A stretch of DNA of 64,000 bases. Source: a virus (Duplodnaviria > Caudoviricetes). The notes beneath the pieces were generated by a model. It was not told the origin of the DNA. It saw nothing but the letters and a program-made list of their open reading frames with translations, and made no database searches. The stretch spans positions 32,001-96,000 of the IMG/VR virus record IMGVR_UViG_3300033066_001396; one strand, 5' to 3'. Each line of letters starts with the position of its first letter. The stretch's first letter is position 1. Made by a program: the position numbers and the translations under genes. Shown in pieces: positions 27,357-37,142 of this stretch.

Positions 27357-27644
27357 ATGCGAATCTTTAATATTGATCAGGAAACAGATGCCGGATATAT
27401 GGCATATAAGGCCATGACAAAGACAGATAGTTCAGTATTTCAGGCTATTGAAAAGGAGTTTGACAAGTGGATAGACGGGCGGCCGGATTATAACGAAATG
27501 TATTTTAGTGATGAAGCGGTATACACTAAAAAGGGGGCAATAATACAGGCTATTGATCAGGCCCTTGAAGTGATGGAGGAATATAAACTTAAATGGATTG
27601 ATTTGAATGATAGCCGGTTAGACTTGTGGGCAGCGTTTGAGTGA
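27357..27644 (+). CDS. hypothetical protein
   Basis: Co-oriented ORF. Confidence 0.6.
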   Translation: MRIFNIDQETDAGYMAYKAMTKTDSSVFQAIEKEFDKWIDGRPDYNEMYFSDEAVYTKKGAIIQAIDQALEVMEEYKLKWIDLNDSRLDLWAAFE

Positions 27645-27703
27645 TTTTTTGTATATATGTTAATACCATTTTTGTGGTATTGTTTAGGGGTGGGGGGCGG
27701 CGG

Positions 27704-27711
27704 TATCTTTG
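27704..27711 (+). promoter_or_regulatory. Bacteroidota -7 element (TATCTTTG) with G-rich upstream spacer
   Basis: Consensus match upstream of ATG 27759. Confidence 0.65.
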
Positions 27712-27758
27712 TACTTCAATTTTTTAATTAACTTTTTTTAATCCAAAAATCTAATAAC

Positions 27759-29042
27759 ATGAAAAATTCATTTAGCAACGTTAACGGGTGGGACGTAGAA
27801 ATACACACCGGAAAAAATTACAATGGTATTATTGCGTGTAGTGCGCAATTCGGCACCAGTAAACAGAAGAACGGGTATAGCACGTTTGAATATGCTATGT
27901 TTACCGATCCCAATATAGTTTTGGCCAAGTCAGCACCGGGCACCAGGGCAACGGAGAAGGCTATACAAACCATTCACGCGGCCGGACTAGCTAAGTTCGA
28001 AGCCATGAGGGCGGCGGGTGAATTGCCGATTAAAAAATCAGTGTCAGAAATACAGATAGGGCAAATATTATTCCTGAACGGTTACGGTCAGGACGAGCAC
28101 AGCCACGAACAAGAGGCCGTTTATAAGATCGAGGGCCAACGGTATTTTACGGTTAATATGTCAACCCTTGCCCTTTCCAGTCATGAACACGTTAGGCCGA
28201 TTGAGGAAAAATTTGGGATCGGTACGTATTACAAAAAGGGCGACACGTTGCCGATTGAAGAGGTAGAGGCCGCAGTGATTAAGGCCCTGGAAAAAAGAGA
28301 GGCCGATAATATCGCCGAAATAGAGGTACAAAAGGCCCAGGAAGAAGAAAGAGCCGCCAAAATAGCGGAGGGGTCTAAAATATTACCCGCTATTCCTGTA
28401 GGGGTTACACATGTAATTGTAGCAGAATTAAGGGAGAACACAAGCGACCCCATGACGGACTACTTTGGCTATATTACAGTTAAAACCGTATACCTTGCAT
28501 GGTCCCGTCACGATCGCAATTTGTTTGATGAGATGCGCAAGGCAGCAGCCAACGGGAGCCCGGAGATAGCCGTATTATCCGAAAACAATTCCAATATGGA
28601 ACATCGGGAAAATTATAGCGGCGGCTCGGGTATGTATTTAGGGGAATCCAAGTATTTCGGATGGATCATAAGAAAGCGCAGGGTGCCAACCCTTGAAGAG
28701 TTGCAAATAGCTGCAGCAGAAGGCCGAGTAAATATCCCGGACGAGGACACACCAGGCCAGGCACCCGCAGACCTGGGCGGAGATATCGCAATGCTTGACT
28801 ATTCAGAAAAGGCCTTTATAGTTAGGGGAGAAGGCACCAGAGCAATAAAAGACGATTTACGGGGCCTCGGTGGAATGTTTAATTTTAGATTACAGGGCGG
28901 CCCTGCCTGGGTATTTAGCAAGACCAAACTGGATAAAGTAATGAATTACTTGCAAGGCCTTAAAACCCGCCAGGATGAGGTAATAGGAGCCCTTAAAGAC
29001 GAATATTCCAAGATGCAGGAATTTATAGGATCAGAAGCATAG
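27759..29042 (+). CDS. multidomain early protein of mobile-element type
   Basis: SDPMTDYF, HRENYSGGSGMYLG, and C-terminal DYSEKAF...LGGMFNFRL..GPAWVFSK module. Confidence 0.7.
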   Translation: MKNSFSNVNGWDVEIHTGKNYNGIIACSAQFGTSKQKNGYSTFEYAMFTDPNIVLAKSAPGTRATEKAIQTIHAAGLAKFEAMRAAGELPIKKSVSEIQIGQILFLNGYGQDEHSHEQEAVYKIEGQRYFTVNMSTLALSSHEHVRPIEEKFGIGTYYKKGDTLPIEEVEAAVIKALEKREADNIAEIEVQKAQEEERAAKIAEGSKILPAIPVGVTHVIVAELRENTSDPMTDYFGYITVKTVYLAWSRHDRNLFDEMRKAAANGSPEIAVLSENNSNMEHRENYSGGSGMYLGESKYFGWIIRKRRVPTLEELQIAAAEGRVNIPDEDTPGQAPADLGGDIAMLDYSEKAFIVRGEGTRAIKDDLRGLGGMFNFRLQGGPAWVFSKTKLDKVMNYLQGLKTRQDEVIGALKDEYSKMQEFIGSEA

Positions 29043-29125
29043 TTTTTTTTAGGTTCAATTTTCCAGGGCCGTTTTTAGAAGTAATTACGGCCCCGGTTTT
29101 TCTTCTCACATTAAAAGACCTTAAC

Positions 29126-29335
29126 ATGAGTATAGACAAAACAATTCACTATATAGGGGCTCAAATTGTTGACCATATAAACAGCTTAACCCTGGGCCAG
29201 TTACGAGCCATGAAACAGGCATTAACCGAAGATATAAGCATTCCGGTACCCTGGAATAAACAAGGCACGCCGGAACTATTTAAACGTACTATTGAACTGC
29301 AATATATTAACCAACGATTAAAAAACGAATCATGA
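29126..29335 (+). CDS. hypothetical protein
   Basis: First of five ATGA-coupled small ORFs. Confidence 0.55.
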   Translation: MSIDKTIHYIGAQIVDHINSLTLGQLRAMKQALTEDISIPVPWNKQGTPELFKRTIELQYINQRLKNES

Positions 29336-29571
29336 ATATCACATGGAAAGACAAAAAAACGCTTTTCCTGGGGCGCAACGGTACATTTAAATGTACCGGG
29401 GTAATTGTTTCGGAAATAATGTACCTACCAAAAGACAAAAGCGCAAGCGCATTTAACGGGGTTGCAATAGAGCCCTTAACAAGTCTTGGGAAAATTGGCA
29501 GATGTGCTATTGATATCCCAATAGAATCAATACCGGAACTGATTGAAAACCTTAAACAATTTATAAAATGA
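29332..29571 (+). CDS. hypothetical protein
   Basis: ATGA-coupled. Confidence 0.6.
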   Translation: MNITWKDKKTLFLGRNGTFKCTGVIVSEIMYLPKDKSASAFNGVAIEPLTSLGKIGRCAIDIPIESIPELIENLKQFIK

Positions 29572-29861
29572 AAACATTAGCAGACTTTAAGCGCAGGATT
29601 AAACCAGGCGTTAAACTTCATACTATTTTCCACAGCATGGCCGGAGACATCGACAAAGGTATTCGACCGGTTACCATTGTAAAAACCCAAAATTTTGCAC
29701 TCAAAACAGAACAGCCCGATAAAACTGTCGACTCCTGGGTGAATTTTCCCAGGTCCAACGACTTCAAAATAGTAGACTGTAATACCGTTCAAATGCTGCA
29801 TTTTAACCCGATCACCAAGCACACCCAAGTAATATTAACCTATAAATTTATTGAGGCATGA
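29568..29861 (+). CDS. hypothetical protein
   Basis: ATGA-coupled. Confidence 0.6.
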   Translation: MKTLADFKRRIKPGVKLHTIFHSMAGDIDKGIRPVTIVKTQNFALKTEQPDKTVDSWVNFPRSNDFKIVDCNTVQMLHFNPITKHTQVILTYKFIEA

Positions 29862-30118
29862 GACATATATCAGCAGGGGAGGTATTCACAAAAAACTTAC
29901 TTGAGCGGCTTAATTATAAAGCTTGGGAGAAAACAGGGGTTAAGGGTCAGGTTATTGTATTAAAAGACCACAAACCAGGCTATAACTTTGCATTAAAAGA
30001 AAACCGGACAGAAATAGCACTACCAAAGGACGCCATAAATGGAAGCCCTAGCCGCTTCATCCGGGATTTTGAGACGACAATGAACTCATTTGTTTATCAA
30101 ATAAAACTAACGCCATGA
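29858..30118 (+). CDS. hypothetical protein
   Basis: ATGA-coupled. Confidence 0.6.
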   Translation: MRHISAGEVFTKNLLERLNYKAWEKTGVKGQVIVLKDHKPGYNFALKENRTEIALPKDAINGSPSRFIRDFETTMNSFVYQIKLTP

Positions 30119-30345
30119 CAATCAAGATCCAGTTAACCAAGTTAACCAACCACGTAATTACCCAATCCATCAGCCCACCCGGCCCGGTTGAAATAGATTA
30201 TATTATTGATCGTGTTGGTGAAACAGTACGTAATTATTTGCGTGCCGAGATTAAAGACGCTAAATACGGCCAGATCGTTGACCTGGAAATAAACATTAAT
30301 ACCCTGGAATCCCAGGACATTAATCCAGAAGAAGAAGGCTTTTAA
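30115..30345 (+). CDS. hypothetical protein
   Basis: ATGA-coupled. Confidence 0.6.
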   Translation: MTIKIQLTKLTNHVITQSISPPGPVEIDYIIDRVGETVRNYLRAEIKDAKYGQIVDLEININTLESQDINPEEEGF

Positions 30346-30551
30346 AAATATTTCTTAACCCGATGGGCCGCCCATAGTAAAATCCGAATTAGATGCAATC
30401 GGCCCGTCATTTTTTAACCTAAAAAAATGAAAATATACAGAGTCAAGGCAGGTGTTACAGAAAATTACAAAACTGGTATGGTTTATAAGGGATATTTGGC
30501 CCACAGAACTTCTTTGTGAATTGATATTATAAACTTAAAAAACTAAAACTT

Positions 30552-30737
30552 ATGAAAACATATCTTAGTATAAGGATTGTTAAAGCGAGCAATAAAAAGA
30601 GGGCAATTGAAAAGATCCAAAACGAGGATTTTGTAGAAGATCATAAACTTTCAGACGTGGTAATCACAGAAAATGAATTTATGAAAATATATACCAAAGC
30701 AGCAATTGTAAATCATAAAACATTTAGAAAAACTTAA
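30552..30737 (+). CDS. hypothetical protein
   Basis: Co-oriented ORF. Confidence 0.5.
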   Translation: MKTYLSIRIVKASNKKRAIEKIQNEDFVEDHKLSDVVITENEFMKIYTKAAIVNHKTFRKT

Positions 30738-30741
30738 AACC

Positions 30742-32343
30742 ATGTTTGGAATTGATTTTTATCCAACTCCTCCAGATGTCATTGATATGATGATAGACAT
30801 ACCAATACGGGGAAAAACGATTTTGGAGCCCTCGGCCGGGCGTGGAGATATAGTGGACTATCTGTTAGCCCAGGGAGCTAAAAACGTGCTGGCCGCAGAA
30901 ATAGACCCATCACTAAGGACTATTCTAAAAACCAAAGCCGAACTTGTGGCCATAGATTTTTTGGATCTTAAAGCGGAGCGCATTTCGCATATCGATGCTA
31001 TTATCATGAATCCGCCATTTAGTCGGGCCGCTGAACATATTTTGCACGCCTGGGCAATAGCACCGCCAGGCACACAAATACGGGCATTGCTCAACATGGC
31101 AACAATTAAAAACACATATAGCCAGGCCCGAGTCGATTTAACTACAATTATAGAAGAAAACGGATCGGTTGTATCATTGGGCAATGTGTTCAATAAAGCA
31201 GACCGGCCCACAGAAGTAGAGGTAGGCCTGGTAAGACTTAAAAAACCTGGAGAATCAGCAACTCAGGAATTTGAGGGCTTTTTTATGGATGAGGATATAG
31301 AGGCCCAAGGCGACGGCCTAATGCCTTATAACGTTGTCCGGGACATTGTAAATCGATACGTAGAGGCCGTGAAAATATTTGATCTGCAACTGGAACAGGG
31401 GGTGAGACTCAACAGTATACTAAAAGGTTTTTATGGTCATGAGTTAGGATTGCAGGTAACCCAGGAAGGCCGGGCAAAATCTAAAAATGAGTTTAAAAAA
31501 GATTTACAGCGTGACGCCTGGAAGTATATTTTCGATAAACTGGATTTAAGCAAATATACTACCAGGGGAGTAATGAATGATATTAATAAATTCATTGAAC
31601 AACAGACCGAAGTTCCTTTCACCATGCGAAATATATATTGGATGCTGTCAATAGTCAGAGGCACCACCGGATCCAGAATGGATAAGGCACTGTTAGAGGT
31701 ATTCGAAAAACTTATATCCATGTCCTATGATGGAGAAAACAAATACTATCCCGATGGCCGTTGGAAAACCAATAGCCACTACCTGGTAAATGAAACATTT
31801 ATTATTCCACGCATGGCCGAGACCGATCGATGGCATAAGGGCAATAAAATACAGCAAAATTATGGGGGGTATTGGGATTACATTGAAGATCTTGTAAAGG
31901 CCCTTTGTTTTATCACCGGTGACAAATACGAATCCTTTGGCACACTATCAAATACCATAAGATACGAGTATAAGATTAGAACTGCCGATACTGTTAAATA
32001 TGCCACGGGACGGGAATTCTATGCCGGAGCGTTGGCTATTGAAAAAGAGCTATATGAAAAGGGAATAGCTTTTAAAACCGAGCAGTTTTTACCGGAGTAT
32101 GGGCAATGGTTTACCTGGGCTTACTTTGAAGTAAAAGCATTTAAAAAGGGTACCATGCATTTTAGATTCAAGGATAAAGAGATATGGGCAATGTTTAATA
32201 AACATATAGCCAGAATCAAAGGATACCCGTTATTCGAACACAGGCCAAAAGGGACCAGAGAACAGCAACGCACGAACAAAGAGCAGCAGATATACAAGGA
32301 TCAAACTATTTTATTCAACATTAAACAAGAAGCAGCTTTATGA
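30742..32343 (+). CDS. N6-adenine DNA methyltransferase with DUF4942-like C-terminus
   Basis: DFYPTP, ILEPSAGRG, IIMNPPF; WKTNSHY, YFEVKAFKKGTMHFRFKD. Confidence 0.9.
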   Translation: MFGIDFYPTPPDVIDMMIDIPIRGKTILEPSAGRGDIVDYLLAQGAKNVLAAEIDPSLRTILKTKAELVAIDFLDLKAERISHIDAIIMNPPFSRAAEHILHAWAIAPPGTQIRALLNMATIKNTYSQARVDLTTIIEENGSVVSLGNVFNKADRPTEVEVGLVRLKKPGESATQEFEGFFMDEDIEAQGDGLMPYNVVRDIVNRYVEAVKIFDLQLEQGVRLNSILKGFYGHELGLQVTQEGRAKSKNEFKKDLQRDAWKYIFDKLDLSKYTTRGVMNDINKFIEQQTEVPFTMRNIYWMLSIVRGTTGSRMDKALLEVFEKLISMSYDGENKYYPDGRWKTNSHYLVNETFIIPRMAETDRWHKGNKIQQNYGGYWDYIEDLVKALCFITGDKYESFGTLSNTIRYEYKIRTADTVKYATGREFYAGALAIEKELYEKGIAFKTEQFLPEYGQWFTWAYFEVKAFKKGTMHFRFKDKEIWAMFNKHIARIKGYPLFEHRPKGTREQQRTNKEQQIYKDQTILFNIKQEAAL

Positions 32344-32577
32344 AGTATAAATTTCGTGCAGAAGGTCGCATAGATGTGGGTCTGTGGTTGGTGGAAATGG
32401 CTATTAAAAAATACTCGGTCAACTACCTAGTCATAGAGCCATGTGACGGTATCATTTCGTTCAAAAGCCCCTATTAAAGAAATAATAAATGTCATGGAAA
32501 TCATATCGGACTCTCACGTAATGATCAAAACAATACTGCCTATAAAACTATACACCGGCGAACGCCTGAGAAGATAA
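32340..32577 (+). pseudogene. frameshifted small phage gene
   Basis: MKYKFRAEG...SFKSPY* continues in another frame as LLKEIINVMEIISDSHVMIKT...YTGERLRR*; span 238 nt = 3n+1. Confidence 0.55.
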
Positions 32578-32699
32578 AAAAGGGCTCTCGGTTAACGGGA
32601 GTTAGATTTTTGGGATAGGGGCGGAGCATGGGTAAAAGTATTCATTTGATACGCCTCTTTTTTTAAAGCTTTTAATACCTTAAAAAACAAAAATGCAAA

Positions 32700-32927
32700 A
32701 TGGCAAACAAATTAACATTAGATCAACAGAGGGAAGCATTAAACAACGCATTAAAGAGCTTCAATTTTCCTGAAAAATATTTTATTCATTTGACCGCTCC
32801 AAAGTTCGTAATTGCAACATCAAATAAAAATGGCGGGATTAACACACATAGCTCTTTCATGAGCTATGAACAGATGAACTATTTCCTTGTAGGATATAAT
32901 TTAGCACTTATTAAACCTTTTAAATAA
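32700..32927 (+). CDS. hypothetical protein
   Basis: Co-oriented ORF. Confidence 0.6.
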   Translation: MANKLTLDQQREALNNALKSFNFPEKYFIHLTAPKFVIATSNKNGGINTHSSFMSYEQMNYFLVGYNLALIKPFK

Positions 32928-32936
32928 AAAATTATC

Positions 32937-33296
32937 ATGGAAATAGAAGATGATAAGTTTTTGTCCGAAGAACAATTCGAGGCAAACAAAAAAAATATTG
33001 GAGAGGCATTAAAATTGCTCGAAGAAACAACCTACGGAGGTCAACTGAACAGTATGCTTTTTATAAGCCTAAGTACCACCGAAAAGATGTATAAAGCATC
33101 AATCCAGGGGGAATTAGCAAAGACATCAGAGGGCCAGGTTACTATATTTGGACGAGGAACAAACCAATCGATTGAAACCCTTATTATAAATCTCATGCAA
33201 AAACATGATGGTATGTATAGAATAATTCATTCGGCATTGGCTAAATATATTGCCTATAACATAGCAACCAATATCAAACAACGAAGAGAAAACTAA
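32937..33296 (+). CDS. hypothetical protein
   Basis: Co-oriented ORF. Confidence 0.6.
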   Translation: MEIEDDKFLSEEQFEANKKNIGEALKLLEETTYGGQLNSMLFISLSTTEKMYKASIQGELAKTSEGQVTIFGRGTNQSIETLIINLMQKHDGMYRIIHSALAKYIAYNIATNIKQRREN

Positions 33297-33323
33297 TTTT
33301 TTCAAATATCTAAAACCTTTTTT

Positions 33324-34250
33324 ATGAATACAATGACAGCTAGTATTAATCCGATCGCTGACCTGGTAAAAGTAACTTATCCAGGCCAAGACCCTGTCCG
33401 ACGCCAATACCGTGAGGGCTACGAGCACTATATGAACATTATGCCGGTACTTGAAGACAATGATCCGGATCTGCCGCACAAAATTGATTATGCCAGAAAC
33501 ATTGTCCAATCCCTGGCCTCATCATTAAAACAACATATTTGGATAACTGCTAATCAGCCCAGGGAGTTTGATCGAACTATTATTGCAATAGAGCCCCGAA
33601 CCATTGACAAAGAAGGCGCTGAGCTTGTTGTGGCACGATGGGGAAAAGGATTTAGCAGCCCGGTACATGGCCACGCCAGTGGTTACTTGCACGAAGAAAT
33701 CCTTTACGGTAAGATGTTAGTAAACACCTATAAGTTAACTCCAAACTCGAATATCGTTCGTCCCTGGGCAACAGAGATCGTTGGAGAGGGCACCTTTGCC
33801 TCAGTATACAACAAAACCGACACCTCCCACCAATTTAAACGCCAGGCATTAATTCATAATTTCAGGGCCTTGACACCAGCGGCCTCACTGCATTTCCTTC
33901 CTGAACATACCAGGGATGGCCGGGACAACACCTTTGTTGTGTCAAGATTTGAGGAATGGTATGATTTGCGAGGCCATTTACAAAGAATAACCAGTCAGGA
34001 GGCCATGTATTCTGCACCTGGAACAGTAATATTAGTCCGAAGCAATAATGTGCCGGAATATGGAGATCATTACATATACATTACAGGCGCACCAGTGCAA
34101 AAAGAACACGGCATAAGGCCCCAGGATCAACCAATAGAGGCTCCGCTTACCAAAAGAATACTTGATGAGTATCATCCGGAGCAAGGCCTAATACTTTTAA
34201 AACTTGACAAGGAAACAACCAATCACTTTGTTAAATTTCATGGATTATGA
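33324..34250 (+). CDS. cysteine-dioxygenase-like cupin with extra C-terminal domain
   Basis: LVVARWGKGFSSPVHGH...ILYGKM..NTY...IHNF...AASLHF matches the CDO W..G..S..HxH / H / SLH pattern. Confidence 0.75.
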   Translation: MNTMTASINPIADLVKVTYPGQDPVRRQYREGYEHYMNIMPVLEDNDPDLPHKIDYARNIVQSLASSLKQHIWITANQPREFDRTIIAIEPRTIDKEGAELVVARWGKGFSSPVHGHASGYLHEEILYGKMLVNTYKLTPNSNIVRPWATEIVGEGTFASVYNKTDTSHQFKRQALIHNFRALTPAASLHFLPEHTRDGRDNTFVVSRFEEWYDLRGHLQRITSQEAMYSAPGTVILVRSNNVPEYGDHYIYITGAPVQKEHGIRPQDQPIEAPLTKRILDEYHPEQGLILLKLDKETTNHFVKFHGL

Positions 34251-34265
34251 AAAGACATTAAAAAA

Positions 34266-34520
34266 ATGAAAGTAGTATCAATTCAAGCAGAACCACCGCT
34301 TATTGGGCATGTGTTAGCGGCTGGCGATTTCATTTCGTCAAATGTTCAAAAACCGCCATTTAAAACTATTGTTGAAACATACACTCCTTTTGGATATGCT
34401 AATAAGGCGATGTTTCACGAGAATGAAAATGACGGATACGATTTTAAAAATGAAAAGCCAATGGTTACACATTTTATAGATGATTTTGAAGCGGAAGTTT
34501 TATGGCGGTTACCCCAATAA
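34266..34520 (+). CDS. hypothetical protein, probably cassette-derived
   Basis: N-terminus EPPLIGHVLAAG spans a GTTAGCG half-site at 34313. Confidence 0.6.
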   Translation: MKVVSIQAEPPLIGHVLAAGDFISSNVQKPPFKTIVETYTPFGYANKAMFHENENDGYDFKNEKPMVTHFIDDFEAEVLWRLPQ

Positions 34521-34558
34521 TTTTGGTTTTTTTCTTTTAAAAACTACTCAAATCCAAC

Positions 34559-35449
34559 ATGATAGAACAAATCCTTAATATTTTCCAGGGATTCAGGATG
34601 ACCCCCACGCCTTTAGATCAGTATGAGTCTAAGGGCAAAGAAATCCTGGGCAACAAAATTGCCGGTTATGTGTCAGATAATAAGCCCTTGCGCTTTGTGA
34701 TGCTAGGCTTCCCATTCAAGTCAACCAACCACAGGGACAAGGTACTGGGATCAGATACCGACCTGGGCGAAGATCTTACAATCAAAAACTTTGCGCTTTT
34801 CAACCAACAGATACAAACATCCTATAAGCCAGGTATTGTGCTAAACATGGTATCTGACGGCTTTGTGTTTAATGATATCCTGGGAGTATCGCCGGCAGAG
34901 GTAGAAGCCTATAAAGAACAGTCGATGGATCTAACCACAGCTCACCAGGCACCGGTACAATGGTTTGATTTGCGGGATTTTTACCGGACCACATTAAGCC
35001 AGGGCCGGGAGCAACTAACGGAACATTTCGGGATTACTCCGGAGAAGCTTGAACATGAGATATTGTTTAATCCCGATGTCAACTTTCTATACCGTGGTAT
35101 GATCCGGTTTATGGAAGAGGAATTGGCACCACAAAACCACCCGAGCCGAAACCAACTTCAGAAGGCTGCCAAGAAGCTAACCAGGGAAATGATGTTTAGA
35201 AACGAGGCTTATTCTAACCTGGTAAAAGAAGAGTTCAAGGACTGCATCAGGCTATCCATGCATCCCTCTGTCAATTCAGGAGCAAAGTATAGCTTCCAGC
35301 TTATCCCAGGGGCCAGACATAGTGCCTGGCACAGCTCAATAGCACTGTACAATGATGGGAGAATTGAAACAATTCACCGAAAAGACGCCGAACAAAAAGG
35401 AATGAAATTGGTTTATAAAAATAACAATCCATATAACTTTATAGAATGA
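34559..35449 (+). CDS. PvcA/Dit1/IsnA-family isocyanide (isonitrile) synthase
   Basis: FVMLGFPFKSTN..DKVLG..TDLGE...Y.PG....VSDGFVFNDILGV...V.AY; IRLSMHP; AWH. Confidence 0.88.
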   Translation: MIEQILNIFQGFRMTPTPLDQYESKGKEILGNKIAGYVSDNKPLRFVMLGFPFKSTNHRDKVLGSDTDLGEDLTIKNFALFNQQIQTSYKPGIVLNMVSDGFVFNDILGVSPAEVEAYKEQSMDLTTAHQAPVQWFDLRDFYRTTLSQGREQLTEHFGITPEKLEHEILFNPDVNFLYRGMIRFMEEELAPQNHPSRNQLQKAAKKLTREMMFRNEAYSNLVKEEFKDCIRLSMHPSVNSGAKYSFQLIPGARHSAWHSSIALYNDGRIETIHRKDAEQKGMKLVYKNNNPYNFIE

Positions 35450-35757
35450 AAATAGGGGAAGCAAAACTGAGATACAATCATAAGGGAGAGATAGATAGCG
35501 CAACGTTCTTTCCAGTAGACGCATTTATGGTGCCACATGAAACACTCCTGGAATTATCCAATAGCCAGGATGAGGAATCTATTAAGGCGAACGCCAATAT
35601 GGTACTGGCATCCTATTTCTCTAAGATTAACGATATCGAACTAGGAGACAGGGACCAGGTTGAAATCAAAACCAAAATCATTAACTGCAACAAGCATTCC
35701 AATGGCATGATATCCCATTGTACGTTACAATTCACCTTAGAGCCCATTACAAAATGA
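35446..35757 (+). CDS. hypothetical protein
   Basis: ATGA-coupled to the isocyanide synthase. Confidence 0.6.
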   Translation: MKIGEAKLRYNHKGEIDSATFFPVDAFMVPHETLLELSNSQDEESIKANANMVLASYFSKINDIELGDRDQVEIKTKIINCNKHSNGMISHCTLQFTLEPITK

Positions 35758-35854
35758 CAAAGATGCTGATAGACCTTATCGTCCCATGCGCAATAGCCAT
35801 CCCTCTGTACTTATGGGTCCGGTCATTTATTGAAGTACTTAAAAAAGAAAGAAG

Positions 35855-36283
35855 ATGAACAACAGATTAAAATTCCTTTTATTGATATTGCTTATTTCCT
35901 GTAACAGCAAAAAGCTAGTGGTAATTGACGGAGACAGTTATATTCTGGACGGTAATAGGATAAGGCTTATAGGAGTAGATTGCCCAGAACTTGGCCAGAC
36001 GTATGGTTATGAGGCCAAAACCCATGTTTGGAATCTATTAAGGGGGGCAAGCCTAAAAGTTACATACACGAACCAAGACCATTATGGCCGGTGGCTTGCA
36101 AATGTAAAAGTTAACGGCGCACCGCTTGACAGCATAATCGTGGTCAATGGCTGGGGATGGGCAGACACCTACAACCATACCTACAACCATAAAAATGAAG
36201 ACCTTATGTACTATGCTAAAGCAAAGAACCGGGGATTGTGGAAATTTGATCCGATCGAACCATATAAATTCAGACGAAGATGA
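35855..36283 (+). CDS. thermonuclease (SNase) family lipoprotein
   Basis: LISC lipobox; VIDGD, IRLIGVDCPE, DHYGRWLA, AKAKNRGLW. Confidence 0.92.
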   Translation: MNNRLKFLLLILLISCNSKKLVVIDGDSYILDGNRIRLIGVDCPELGQTYGYEAKTHVWNLLRGASLKVTYTNQDHYGRWLANVKVNGAPLDSIIVVNGWGWADTYNHTYNHKNEDLMYYAKAKNRGLWKFDPIEPYKFRRR

Positions 36284-36320
36284 ATTATAGACTTGCCTTA
36301 TAAAAAAAAAACTCACAGTT

Positions 36321-36533
36321 ATGAAAAATACAATGTTTGCCAACTTAGATGTTTTAAAGCAGGAAGCTAAATCGTTAGTGGATGATGGTGCTAATATTGA
36401 ATACACAAGGGGGGTCCTGGAGATTATAAGTTCCTTTATTAGCTATGGGGATGACTGTTGTCATGCAGATAACGCCATTGAATTAGCTAGAGAAATTGGA
36501 CTTTCAAAGGAAATTATCAGCAAATTGTATTAA
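36321..36533 (+). CDS. hypothetical protein
   Basis: Co-oriented ORF. Confidence 0.55.
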   Translation: MKNTMFANLDVLKQEAKSLVDDGANIEYTRGVLEIISSFISYGDDCCHADNAIELAREIGLSKEIISKLY

Positions 36534-36548
36534 AATACATAAATTAAA

Positions 36549-37067
36549 ATGGATAATTACGGATTTGAAGTAATTAACTTCTCCCTTAAACCATCCAGGT
36601 TTTGGGTTACTGTAGCAGGAATAAATGAGACCCCTTTTACCTTAAAAGCTGACAAAGACGATATCCTGGCCTATTTTGAGGACCAGAACATAGATGCAAT
36701 ACCACATCTTAAATCATTGTGCCAAGAGCAATATGTCCAGGAGTTTGTATATCCGTTCACAGCTTACCTTTTAGAAGGGGCCGACGAAATGAAGACAAAA
36801 CTATTATTGTGCGCCAAGATATTTAGAGCGATGACAGATATTAGGCCAGAATTGCAGCCTCGTGGTGACACATTTACCCTAAGATCAAATGATCATCCTA
36901 ATGTGAATATATCAGGAAGAAAAGATGATGAGGGTCTTTATATTAATTCACTTGGAGATAATTACCGGGTATGGATCGATGGACAGGGTCTTAAAAGCAT
37001 AGAAAGCTACCTGGGCATGTATGAGGCTTCTATTCGCGCAGCCATGCTTAAAATTGTAAATAATTAA
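36549..37067 (+). CDS. hypothetical protein
   Basis: Co-oriented ORF. Confidence 0.65.
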   Translation: MDNYGFEVINFSLKPSRFWVTVAGINETPFTLKADKDDILAYFEDQNIDAIPHLKSLCQEQYVQEFVYPFTAYLLEGADEMKTKLLLCAKIFRAMTDIRPELQPRGDTFTLRSNDHPNVNISGRKDDEGLYINSLGDNYRVWIDGQGLKSIESYLGMYEASIRAAMLKIVNN

Positions 37068-37142
37068 AACAGCCACCAATGTTTTAACAAAAAAAATAAC
37101 ACAACTAATTTATATATATAATTATATTTGTGTTCTAATAAT

